Below, piece by piece: positions 40,987 through 50,008 of a stretch of 64,000 nucleotides of DNA. The notes beneath the pieces are model-generated. The model saw only the letters and a list, made by a program, of their open reading frames with translations. It searched no databases and was not told the origin of the DNA. How positions within the stretch are numbered: position 1 is the first letter of the stretch; each line of letters starts with the position of its first letter. The translations under genes were made by a program, and so were the position numbers. Source of the stretch: Pseudomonadota bacterium (GTDB taxonomy: Bacteria; Pseudomonadota; Gammaproteobacteria; CALCKW01). Where the stretch lies: assembly GCA_039196715.1 (NCBI GenBank), contig JBCCUP010000003.1:34097-98096 (forward strand), read 5' to 3'.

Positions 40987-43116
40987 ATGCAGCCTTCACA
41001 CCTGCTCGCGGCCCGCTGTGTCGGGCTTCTTTTCGCGGCCCTGGCCCACCTCGCCAGTGCGTCGCCCACCCCGCCCCCCGACCAACAGGCTGCACTGCAG
41101 GCGTTGTACACCGCGACGTCCGGCGCCGACTGGGTTGACGCCGACGGCTGGTCCGCCAGCGAGACGATCGCCTGCGACGCGACCGGCATCACCTGTGACG
41201 CAAACGGCAACGTGCTTGAGATCTTTCTCGTCGACAACGGCCTGAACGGCCCCCTGCCGTCGAGCTTGCCGGCCCTGCGCACGTTGCGCGGACTGGTGCT
41301 CAACCGTAACAGCCTCACCGGCACGGTGCCGACACAGTGGGCCGACTTCGAGACGCTGCAGCTGCTGTCCTTGCGCGACAACGCGCTCGAGGGGGCACTG
41401 CCGACCGGGCTGGCCGAGGTTGAGTCCCTCAAGGTGCTGGATCTCTGCCACAACCACTTCAGCGGTGAGGTGCCCTTGGCCTACTACGGGATGCCGGCGC
41501 TCAACACGCTGGCGCTGTGCCACAACCGGCTGTCGGGCACCCTGCCCGCCGGTTTGCGCACCGGGGAGCTCGTCGATCTCGACCTCAGCCACAACCAACT
41601 GAGCGGTACGTTGCCCGTCACACTGTTCGACGCGCCGTCGCTCTGGCGACTCCACCTGGCGGGCAACGGGTTCACCGGGGCACTGCCACAGCCGAGCGCA
41701 GCAGACCCGGCCGTGGTGGACATCGACCTCTCCGACAACGCTCTGTCCGGTGAGCTCGAAGACACCTGGGCGCGCTTTGCCAACCTCACATTCCTGCGGC
41801 TGGCCCGCAACCGTTTCGAGGGCGCGGTCCCGACCGCGCTCGGTCATCTCGACACCCTTCGACGCCTCGATCTCGCCGGCAACCGCCTGGTCGGCACCCT
41901 GCCCGCCGCGCTGGCAGCCCACCCGGTCCTGCTGGCTGCGACGCGGTCCGGCGATCCGTCGATCGCGCTCGACTGGAACGCCGTGGCGCTCGATGGCGTC
42001 GACCCGGACTGGGTCGACGCCATCGGCATCGACCGCACTCGCCTGGTCCGCCCGGTGAGCGGCGTCCGGGTGGTGGAGACGGCAGACGGCGGCTGGCAGG
42101 TGAGTTGGCAGCCAGCTCCGCTGTCCGGCAACCTGACGGGCCACTACCGGGTCGAGACAGCGCTGGGCGACACCGTGGCTGAAACCGCGTCGCTCGACGC
42201 TGCACGCGCCACGGTGCCGGCGAGCGCGGCGGTCGATCCGGCCGGCCTGCGCGTGGTCACGGTGGTGCCGACACACGCACTCAACCCCAACACGGTCCTG
42301 AGCGCCGGCGCACGCCCGGGAGACAGCACCACCGCGCGGTGGGCGCCGCCTGAGACCGTGAACCACCCGGCCAACTTCGGCCCCTACGACAGGGCGGACT
42401 GGACACAACGTCCGGCGGGCACCACGCTTCGAGTCGCCTCGGTCGCCACGCCAGCGCTCTTCCACGTGCCGCCGCACATCGACGCTGACGGGCGCCTGCA
42501 GTTCACGCCGTCGGGAACCCCGGGCCGAAGCCGCGTCACGGTTGACGCGCTGGACGCCAACGGCCGCTACCAGGCGAGCTTCGACATCGTGATCGGTCCG
42601 GCAGCCAACCGCGCACCGAGCTTTGTCGCCGGCCCGGACCTCACCGTGCTGCAAAGCGGCCAGATGCAGGTTGTCGAGTGGGCCTCGGCGCTCGACGACG
42701 GCGACGGCGGCACGCAGTCGATGCGCTTCGTGATCGACACCGAGCAGGCGGACTGGTTTGCCTTCGCACCCGACCTCAGCGTGCCATCGGGCACCTTCCG
42801 GTTTCGCGTCAACGCCGGTCGGACCGGCGAGATCACACTCCGCATTCGGCTGCGCGACGACGGTGGCACCGACAACGGCGGGTCCGATGAGAGTGCCGAG
42901 CACACACTGCGCATCACGGTGACCGAGGACGCCTCTGCGGTGGCCGGCAGCGGCCTGTCGTCAGATGGCACCGTCGGGTCGGGCGGTGGTGCGCTGGGTC
43001 TGTTGACGCTGTGGTGGGCCACAGGGCTCGTGGCGGCACGACGCTCAGTAGTGCGGCGGCACCTCGTGCCCGGTCGACTCCGCGGCGGTGCCGCCCGCCG
43101 ACAGCTGCTCGCGTAG
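40987..43116 (+). CDS. Secreted leucine-rich-repeat protein (24-residue plant-specific-type LRRs) with Ig-like C-terminal region and GlyGly-CTERM-like tail
   Basis: Signal peptide, a cap-like segment (QQAALQALY..W.....W......C...GITCD..GNV), about 10 repeats of L..L..L.L..N.L.G.LP, then ..GSGGGALGLLTLWWATGLVAARR followed by 23 further codons. Confidence 0.85.
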   Translation: MQPSHLLAARCVGLLFAALAHLASASPTPPPDQQAALQALYTATSGADWVDADGWSASETIACDATGITCDANGNVLEIFLVDNGLNGPLPSSLPALRTLRGLVLNRNSLTGTVPTQWADFETLQLLSLRDNALEGALPTGLAEVESLKVLDLCHNHFSGEVPLAYYGMPALNTLALCHNRLSGTLPAGLRTGELVDLDLSHNQLSGTLPVTLFDAPSLWRLHLAGNGFTGALPQPSAADPAVVDIDLSDNALSGELEDTWARFANLTFLRLARNRFEGAVPTALGHLDTLRRLDLAGNRLVGTLPAALAAHPVLLAATRSGDPSIALDWNAVALDGVDPDWVDAIGIDRTRLVRPVSGVRVVETADGGWQVSWQPAPLSGNLTGHYRVETALGDTVAETASLDAARATVPASAAVDPAGLRVVTVVPTHALNPNTVLSAGARPGDSTTARWAPPETVNHPANFGPYDRADWTQRPAGTTLRVASVATPALFHVPPHIDADGRLQFTPSGTPGRSRVTVDALDANGRYQASFDIVIGPAANRAPSFVAGPDLTVLQSGQMQVVEWASALDDGDGGTQSMRFVIDTEQADWFAFAPDLSVPSGTFRFRVNAGRTGEITLRIRLRDDGGTDNGGSDESAEHTLRITVTEDASAVAGSGLSSDGTVGSGGGALGLLTLWWATGLVAARRSVVRRHLVPGRLRGGAARRQLLA

Positions 43117-43269
43117 ACGCTCGGTCAACACGCGCAATTTCTCCTCCAGGCGCGTGATAGCGATCGCCTGTTCGGCGATCGCGGCGTTCAGCGTGTCGAT
43201 CGTCTGGTCCTGCCAGGCCACTCGGCTCTCGAGCTCATCGAGCCGTTGCTCGCGCGCATCTATTCCCAC
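43045..43269 (-). CDS. slyX: SlyX family protein
   Basis: RLDELESRVAWQDQTIDTLN......Q......L...L..L..RL and C-terminal PPHY, as in E. coli SlyX. GTG start. Confidence 0.8.
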   Translation of the reverse strand: MGIDAREQRLDELESRVAWQDQTIDTLNAAIAEQAIAITRLEEKLRVLTERLREQLSAGGTAAESTGHEVPPHY

Positions 43270-43979
43270 ATCACCTCCCCGACAAACACATAGCCACCAC
43301 CGTAGATTGTCTTGATCGTCTTCGGGTCGCGCGGGTCGTCATCCAGCTTGGTGCGCAGGCGCGACACGCGCACGTCGATCGAGCGGTCGAAGTTCTCGGT
43401 TAGGCTGCCGCCGATCGCCTCCTGGATCTGGGCGCGGCTCAGGAGCTGGTTCGGGCGCTCGAGAAACACGTTCAGCACCGATGCCTCGGCTTGACTGAGT
43501 GTCTGGGTGCGACCGCCACGGTGGGCAATTTCATAGGTCGCGAGGTTCGCCACCCACTCACCAAAGCGCACCCGCCGCGCGCGGTCGGATCGCTGCTCAC
43601 CCGCACGTGCACTTGCGCGCCGCAGAATCGCACGCACCCGCGCCACCACTTCAATGGGGTCGAAGGGTTTGATGACATAGTCGTCTGCGCCAAGCTCGAG
43701 GCCGGCGACCCGGTCCTGCACCTGTGCGCGCCCGGAGACAATCAGTATTGCCGCGTCGGATTGCCGCGACACCGTGTTGACCAGCGCCAGGCCATCGTGA
43801 TCAGGCAAGCCGAGGTCGACGATGCAGACCGCGGGCGCGTGCACCTTGAGCCAGCCGAGGAAGGGCCGCCCGCTGTGGAACACCGCCGTGGACATGTCGG
43901 CTTCGGCAAAGGCGTCGGCAAGCAATCGGCAGACGACGGGTTCGTCGTCGACAATGGCCACCTGGATGTCGGTCTTCAC
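43260..43979 (-). CDS. OmpR/PhoB-family response regulator
   Basis: Receiver domain (VAIVDDEP...CIVDLGLPDHDG) plus a winged-helix output domain (..IKTIYGGGYVF). The GTG start overlaps the kinase stop (GTGA). Confidence 0.92.
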   Translation of the reverse strand: MKTDIQVAIVDDEPVVCRLLADAFAEADMSTAVFHSGRPFLGWLKVHAPAVCIVDLGLPDHDGLALVNTVSRQSDAAILIVSGRAQVQDRVAGLELGADDYVIKPFDPIEVVARVRAILRRASARAGEQRSDRARRVRFGEWVANLATYEIAHRGGRTQTLSQAEASVLNVFLERPNQLLSRAQIQEAIGGSLTENFDRSIDVRVSRLRTKLDDDPRDPKTIKTIYGGGYVFVGEVMWE

Positions 43980-45970
43980 GGCGAGAGCGGTTCCGCGATC
44001 TGGCGCAGCGCGCGCGCCAACTGGTAGGTGTCAAAGGGCTTGGCCAACACGAGGCCGAGTTCGGCGGCCTGCCCGTGCAAACCGTGGTGCGCGGGCAGCG
44101 CCGTCATGATACAGATCGGCGGCGCGCTGTCACCGCGGGCCGCATGCACCCGCTGCACCAGGTCCAGACCGGTGTCCGTACCGCCCAGTTGCAAGTCCGA
44201 CACAATCGCAGCTATTGCCACCACGCCGGTCAGCTGCACGGCCTCGTCGGCGCTCGCCGCCTCGAGGACCTGACAGCCGATGTCCTGCAACTGCTGGCGA
44301 ACGTTCTCGCGGATCTCCGGATCGTCGTCGACCAGCAACACCACACCGCCTACAGGCGGTTGCACCGCGACCGGGTCCGGCAGGCGAATGCGCACCCGCG
44401 CGCCCGCCGTCGCGCCGCCGTCAACGACGTTTTCCAACAACACCCGCCCACCGGACAGGCTGGCGAAATCGAACACCATCGACAGTCCGAGACCCGAGCC
44501 GAGCGTGGCTGCCTTGGTCGTGAAAAAGGGTTCGAGCGCGTGCGCCAGCGCGGCGTCGCTGAAGCCCGGACCGTTGTCCCGCACGCTGAACTCGAGCCCG
44601 CCCTCGCGGGTGCGTCGAACCTGCAGGTGGATGTCGCCCGGCTGTTCGGCGATCACATCACGCGCGTTGAGCACGAGGTTCAGCAGCGAGTCCAGCAAGT
44701 AGCCCGGGTCGAGGCGCGCACGCGACACGCCCGGGTCGATGTCGGTCACGAGGCGAATGTGGGCCGGCAGCAACGGCCCGACCAGGCGAACCAGCTGTAC
44801 GACAGCGGCCGGCACGTCCGTGACCTCCGGCGCCAGGGTCCGCGGCGCGGCAATGCCACTGAGGCGATCGAGCAGTTCGCCGCCGCGCCGCGCCGCCAGG
44901 TGCACGTCCTCGAGCAGGGAACGGGCCTCCGGCGGCAGCCCGGGCATACGCGCAAGCTGGCCCTGAGCGCCGAGTATCACGGTGAGCAGGTTGGCGAAAT
45001 CGTGCGCAAGGCCACTGCTCAACTGGGCCGCGAGTTCGCGGCGGCGCGTCTGCGCGACTTCGGCGCGGGCACGCGCCTCGCGCGTGACGTCCATCGTCAA
45101 CACGAACACGCCAGACACCTCGCCGGACGCGTCTACGTCCGGTGTGAAGGCGCAGCGCACACGGTGGGTGCCCTCGTCGAGGGCAAACTCGAACACGCTC
45201 TCCTCGCCCCCGAGTGCCTTCACCAGACGGGGCTGAATCGCGTTGTAGGCCTCCGGCACCAGCACGTCCTGGCAGCGACGGCCGACGATCTCGCGGTCCA
45301 GGCCCGCGCTCAAACCGGCAATAGAGTGCAAGCGCCGATTCGAGTAGGTGTAGCGTTGATCGCGGCTGACCCGGGCGATGTGGGCAGGCAGCATCTCGGT
45401 TGTGGCGCGGATGCGCGCCTCGGACGCGGTGAGCTCACGCTGGGTCTGTTGCAGCGCAACGACCGACGCCTCGAGCTCGCGGTTGGCGCGGGCCAGCGCC
45501 TCAGAGCGCGACAACAGCGCCTCAGAGAGCGAATCCGAGCGCGATTTCAGCATGGACTCCGAACGACGGATGTCGGTGATGTCGGTGTACACGGTCACCC
45601 ACCCGCCCTGCCGCAGGGGGTGCCCCTCAATCGACACGAACTGTCCATTCGGCCGCTGGCGCTCGAAATAATGGGGCTCGAAGGCCCGCGCCTGTGCCTC
45701 TCGGCTCGCGAGGTAGCCCTCGAGATCGGCGATGTCGCCGTACTCGCCGCGGCTGGCGAGCAGCCGCAAGGTGTCACCGAAGCCGGCACCCGCCCGACCC
45801 AGGTGCTCGGGCAGATCGAACATCTCGAGAAAGCGGCGGTTGCAGACCACGAGCCGCAGGTCGCGGTCGTAGATGCTCAGCGCCTGCTGGATCAGGTTCA
45901 GGCCGGCCAGCGTGAAGTCGAGCGTGTCGCCCGTGTCCACGCCCACTCGATTCTGTGGGCCTTGCAACAT
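43976..45970 (-). CDS. Hybrid sensor histidine kinase (PAS-PAS-HisKA-HATPase-REC), no obvious TM segment
   Basis: PAS regions, H-box LSSGLAHDFANLL, N/G boxes (NLVLNARDV; DNGPGF; GSGLGLS) and a C-terminal receiver (VLLVDDDP). ATG at 45970; the 73 upstream codons of the track ORF are rejected. Confidence 0.9.
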   Translation of the reverse strand: MLQGPQNRVGVDTGDTLDFTLAGLNLIQQALSIYDRDLRLVVCNRRFLEMFDLPEHLGRAGAGFGDTLRLLASRGEYGDIADLEGYLASREAQARAFEPHYFERQRPNGQFVSIEGHPLRQGGWVTVYTDITDIRRSESMLKSRSDSLSEALLSRSEALARANRELEASVVALQQTQRELTASEARIRATTEMLPAHIARVSRDQRYTYSNRRLHSIAGLSAGLDREIVGRRCQDVLVPEAYNAIQPRLVKALGGEESVFEFALDEGTHRVRCAFTPDVDASGEVSGVFVLTMDVTREARARAEVAQTRRRELAAQLSSGLAHDFANLLTVILGAQGQLARMPGLPPEARSLLEDVHLAARRGGELLDRLSGIAAPRTLAPEVTDVPAAVVQLVRLVGPLLPAHIRLVTDIDPGVSRARLDPGYLLDSLLNLVLNARDVIAEQPGDIHLQVRRTREGGLEFSVRDNGPGFSDAALAHALEPFFTTKAATLGSGLGLSMVFDFASLSGGRVLLENVVDGGATAGARVRIRLPDPVAVQPPVGGVVLLVDDDPEIRENVRQQLQDIGCQVLEAASADEAVQLTGVVAIAAIVSDLQLGGTDTGLDLVQRVHAARGDSAPPICIMTALPAHHGLHGQAAELGLVLAKPFDTYQLARALRQIAEPLSP

Positions 45971-46154
45971 TTCGATAGAACTCGGAAAAACTCTCGCAAC
46001 GAAGAGGATGTATAGTGCAGCCTCTTCGACGCCCGCCAGCTGGCCGCGCGACCGTGTTGCGCTGGCACCGGCCCGCGGACGTCGATTCGATACTACGCCG
46101 CTTCGCGTGCGGGCACCCGACCCGTGTGCAGCAGACGATACGGAGACGGGGCGC

Positions 46155-48125
46155 TTGGCCAGCCGACAACTCGACACCCACCTGAACACCGTGCCTCAGT
46201 TGCTGGCGCGCAACGTCCACCAGCACGGCGACCGGCCGGCCTACCGCTTCAAGGAGCTCGGCATCTGGCAGAGCTGGACGTGGACCGAAGTCGCCGCGGA
46301 GATCGACGGCATGGCCCTCGGTCTGGTCGACCTCGGGCTCGAGGTCGGCGACCACGTTGCGATCATCGGGCGCAACAACCCGGTGCTCTACTGGGCCATG
46401 GTGGCCGTGCAATGCGCGGGCGGCGTGCCGGTCCCGGTGTACCAGGACAGCGTGGCCGAGGAGATGGCCTACGTGCTCGAGCACTGCAACGCCCGCTTCG
46501 CGTTCGCCGAAAACCAGGAACAGGTCGACAAGGTCATGGAGGTGGCGGACAAGCTGCCAGGGCTCGACACCCTGATCTTTGTCGACCCGCGTGGCCTGCG
46601 AAAATACGACCGCTCGAAGCTCCGGGATTTTCGTGCGCTGCAGCAGGCCGGTCGCGACAACCGCGAGACCACCGCACCCGAACTCGAACGCCGGTTGCAG
46701 GAGCAGGACGGCGACACCACCTGCGTGATGCTCTACACCTCCGGGACCACCGGCCGCCCCAAGGGTGTGGTGTTGTCCAACCACAACGTCATCGAGGCCT
46801 CCCGGCTGTCGGTCGAATTCGACGGGCTCGACCACACCGACTCGGTGTTGGCCTACCTACCGATGGCCTGGGTCGGCGACTTCGTGTTTTCGATCGGCCA
46901 AGCCTACTACACCGGCTTTTGCGTGAACTGCCCGGAGAGCCCGGACACCATGCAGGCCGACTTGCGTGAGATCGGTCCAAGCTACTTCTTCGCGCCGCCA
47001 CGCTACTTCGAGGGCCTGCTGACCTCCGTGCAGATCCGCATGGAGGACGCGAGCCGACTCAAGCGCTGGTTGTTCAATGCGGTGATGGAGCACGCACGGT
47101 CTGTCGGCCCCGCCCTGCTCGACGGCCGGTCCGTGGGGCTGTTGGACCGCATCAAATACCGGCTCGGCAACGGACTCGTGATCGGCCCGTTGAAGAACAC
47201 CCTTGGTATGAGCCGCGTGCGCCTGGGGTACACCGCCGGGGAAGCGATCGGGCCCGAGATATTCGATTTCTACCGCGCGCTCGGCATCAACCTCAAGCAG
47301 CTCTACGGCCAGACCGAGGCGACGGTGTTCGTCACCATTCAACCCGACGGCGAAGTGCGTGCCGACACCGTCGGCGTGCCCGCGCCCGGCGTGGAACTGC
47401 GCATCGACGACAACGGCGAAGTGCACTACCGCTCACCGGGCACTTTTGTGGAGTACTACAAGAACCCCGAATCCACCGCCAGCACCAAAGACAGCGAGGG
47501 CTGGGTCGCAACCGGCGACGCGGGCTTCATCGAAGCCGACAGCGGTCACCTCCGCATCATCGACCGCGCGAAGGACGTCGGCAAGACGGCCTCCGGTGCG
47601 CTGTTCGCACCGAAGTACGTCGAGAACAAGCTGAAGTTCTACCCCGACATCCTCGAGGCTGTCGTGTTCGGCGCCGACCGTGACCAGTGCACCGCCTTCA
47701 TCAACATCGACCTGACCGCCGTCGGCAACTGGGCCGAGCGCAACAACGTCGCCTACGCCTCCTACCAGGAACTGGCAGGCCACCCGCGCGTGGCCGAGAT
47801 CATCAGCCAGCACGTCGAGGCCGTGAACCGGTCACTGGCCGAAGACGACATGCTGTCCGGCTGTCAGATTCACCGTTTCCTGATCCTGCACAAGGAACTC
47901 GACCCCGACGACGGCGAGATCACCCGCACCCGCAAGGTGCGCCGGCGCGTGATCGAGGAGCGCTACGCCACGCTGCTCGACGCGCTCTACGGTGACGTCG
48001 AGACCGTGCACGTCGAAACCGAGGTGACCTACGAAGACGGTCGCAAGGGATCGATCGCGGCCGACATCACGCTGCACAACGCGACGACGCACGCTGTGCG
48101 TGCCCCGGTGGAGAGCGCCGCATGA
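46155..48125 (+). CDS. AMP-forming acyl-CoA ligase (long-chain-fatty-acid-CoA-ligase-like) linked to the ABC importer
   Basis: AMP-binding motif LYTSGTTGRPKGV, later GWVATGD and a C-terminal TRTRKVRR. A TTG start at 46155 with GGAG 9 nt upstream is preferred; ATG 46008 would leave only 37 nt to the divergent kinase gene. Confidence 0.85.
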   Translation: MASRQLDTHLNTVPQLLARNVHQHGDRPAYRFKELGIWQSWTWTEVAAEIDGMALGLVDLGLEVGDHVAIIGRNNPVLYWAMVAVQCAGGVPVPVYQDSVAEEMAYVLEHCNARFAFAENQEQVDKVMEVADKLPGLDTLIFVDPRGLRKYDRSKLRDFRALQQAGRDNRETTAPELERRLQEQDGDTTCVMLYTSGTTGRPKGVVLSNHNVIEASRLSVEFDGLDHTDSVLAYLPMAWVGDFVFSIGQAYYTGFCVNCPESPDTMQADLREIGPSYFFAPPRYFEGLLTSVQIRMEDASRLKRWLFNAVMEHARSVGPALLDGRSVGLLDRIKYRLGNGLVIGPLKNTLGMSRVRLGYTAGEAIGPEIFDFYRALGINLKQLYGQTEATVFVTIQPDGEVRADTVGVPAPGVELRIDDNGEVHYRSPGTFVEYYKNPESTASTKDSEGWVATGDAGFIEADSGHLRIIDRAKDVGKTASGALFAPKYVENKLKFYPDILEAVVFGADRDQCTAFINIDLTAVGNWAERNNVAYASYQELAGHPRVAEIISQHVEAVNRSLAEDDMLSGCQIHRFLILHKELDPDDGEITRTRKVRRRVIEERYATLLDALYGDVETVHVETEVTYEDGRKGSIAADITLHNATTHAVRAPVESAA

Positions 48126-48964
48126 CCGCCGCCAACGCCACGCCGTCGGCAGACACCCGCCCCGACACCACCCCCGACGGCCGCCCGCTCGGCGACACGC
48201 TGATGGAGATGCGCAACATCACCCTGCGCTTCGGCGGCGTGGTTGCAATCAAGGACATCACCTTCGACATCCGCGAAGGTGAGATCCGCGCCATCATCGG
48301 TCCGAACGGCGCCGGCAAGTCGTCGATGCTGAACGTCATCAACGGCTTCTACCACCCGCAGGAGGGCGAGATCTGGTTCCGCGGCGAGCGCCGCAAGCCG
48401 ATGAAGCCGCACCAGATTGCCCACCAGGGCATCGCGCGCACCTTCCAGAACATCGCCCTGTTCAAGGGCATGAGCACGCTCGACAACATCATGACCGGCC
48501 GCTTCACCCACATGCACGCGAGCCTGTTGTCGCAGGTCATCTGGCACGGCAAGGCGGCGCGCGAAGAGGACGAGAACCGCGCCAAGGTCGAGCGCATCAT
48601 CGATTTCCTCGAAATCCAGGCGATCCGCAAGACCCCGGTCGGGCGCCTGCCCTACGGCCTGCAAAAGCGGGTCGAGCTCGGCCGCGCCCTGGTCGCCGAG
48701 CCGAAGTTGCTCCTGCTAGACGAGCCGATGGCCGGCATGAACGTCGAGGAAAAGGAAGACATGTCGCGTTTCATCCTCGACGTGAACGAGGAGTTCGGCA
48801 CCACCATCGCGCTGATCGAACACGACATGGGCGTGGTCATGGACATCTCGGACCGCGTCGTGGTGCTCGACTACGGACGCAAGATCGGCGACGGCACGCC
48901 CGACGAGGTGCGCAACAACCAGGCGGTGATCGACGCCTACCTCGGGGTGCCCAGCGATGACTGA
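48122..48964 (+). CDS. ABC transporter ATP-binding protein (LivG-like)
   Basis: Walker A GPNGAGKSS, signature and Walker B LLLLDEP. ATGA overlap with the ligase gene. Confidence 0.93.
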   Translation: MTAANATPSADTRPDTTPDGRPLGDTLMEMRNITLRFGGVVAIKDITFDIREGEIRAIIGPNGAGKSSMLNVINGFYHPQEGEIWFRGERRKPMKPHQIAHQGIARTFQNIALFKGMSTLDNIMTGRFTHMHASLLSQVIWHGKAAREEDENRAKVERIIDFLEIQAIRKTPVGRLPYGLQKRVELGRALVAEPKLLLLDEPMAGMNVEEKEDMSRFILDVNEEFGTTIALIEHDMGVVMDISDRVVVLDYGRKIGDGTPDEVRNNQAVIDAYLGVPSDD

Positions 48965-49003
48965 GGTTTACCGCACCGCCACCGTGACCCGAGGACGCGC
49001 CTG

Positions 49004-50005
49004 ATGTCGCCCGATTTTCTCTACACCATCGAAGTCATCATCAACGGCCTGATGACCGGGGTCATGTACGCGCTGGTCGCGCTCGGCTTCGTGCTCATCT
49101 TCAAGTCGTCCGGCATCTTCAACTACGCCCAGGGCGTGATGGCGCTGTTCGCCGCGATGACCCTGGTGGGCTTCCAGACCGGGCAGATCCCCTTCTCGCA
49201 CCTGATCAACGCCATCTTCGGCACCAGCCTGCACCACTTCGGCTGGCACATCCCGGCGGTGGTGGCGATCCTCATGACCCTGCTCGTGATGATCGCGTTT
49301 GCCTGGCTGGTCGAACGCTACGTGCTCTCGCACCTGGTCAACCAGGAACCGATCATCCTGTTCATGGCGACCATCGGTCTCGCCTACTTCATGGAAGGCT
49401 TCGGCGACCTCATGTGGGGCGCCGAGATCAAGAAACTGGACGTCGGCATTCCCTCCGGCGGGTCGTTCTGGATCGAGGATGTGACCGCCACCTGGGCCGC
49501 CGAGGGCAGCAACTTCTACGGCTGGTACATTGACAAGCTCGACATCACGGCCGCCATCGTCGCCATCGTGCTCGTCGTCACGCTCACCCTGTTCAGCCAG
49601 TACACCGCGACCGGCCGCGCGCTGCGCGCGGTGGCCGACGACCACCAGGCCGCGTTGTCGGTCGGTATCAGCCTGCGCGCGATCTGGGTCATCGTCTGGT
49701 CGATCGCCGGTTTCGTCGCACTCGTCGCGGGCATCATGTGGGGCGCCAAATCCGGCGTGCAGTTTTCGCTCTCGCTGATCGCGCTCAAGGCCCTGCCGGT
49801 GTTGATGCTCGGCGGGTTCACCTCGATACCCGGCGCGATCGTTGGCGGCCTGATCATCGGCGTCGGCGAGAAGCTCTTCGAGTACGCGATCGGCCCGATG
49901 ATCGGCGGTGCCACCGAGAACTGGTTTGCCTACGTGCTGGCCCTGGTCTTCCTCGTGTTCAGGCCGCAGGGCCTGTTCGGCGAAAAAATCATCGAGAGGG
50001 TCTGA
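49004..50005 (+). CDS. Branched-chain-amino-acid-type ABC permease (LivH-like)
   Basis: Polytopic, N-terminal INGLMTGVMYALVALGF.LIF typical of the LivH family. GAGGA lies upstream. Confidence 0.93.
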   Translation: MSPDFLYTIEVIINGLMTGVMYALVALGFVLIFKSSGIFNYAQGVMALFAAMTLVGFQTGQIPFSHLINAIFGTSLHHFGWHIPAVVAILMTLLVMIAFAWLVERYVLSHLVNQEPIILFMATIGLAYFMEGFGDLMWGAEIKKLDVGIPSGGSFWIEDVTATWAAEGSNFYGWYIDKLDITAAIVAIVLVVTLTLFSQYTATGRALRAVADDHQAALSVGISLRAIWVIVWSIAGFVALVAGIMWGAKSGVQFSLSLIALKALPVLMLGGFTSIPGAIVGGLIIGVGEKLFEYAIGPMIGGATENWFAYVLALVFLVFRPQGLFGEKIIERV

Positions 50006-50008
50006 GCC

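Noticed and set aside
40996-42903. 635-aa minus-strand ORF opposite the LRR protein gene
   Set aside because: The plus-strand product has a signal peptide and regular 24-residue repeats. The minus-strand product is Arg/Gly/Val-rich without structure.
44075-46015. 646-aa plus-strand ORF opposite the hybrid histidine kinase
   Set aside because: Antisense shadow. The minus strand carries the H, N and G boxes and a receiver domain.
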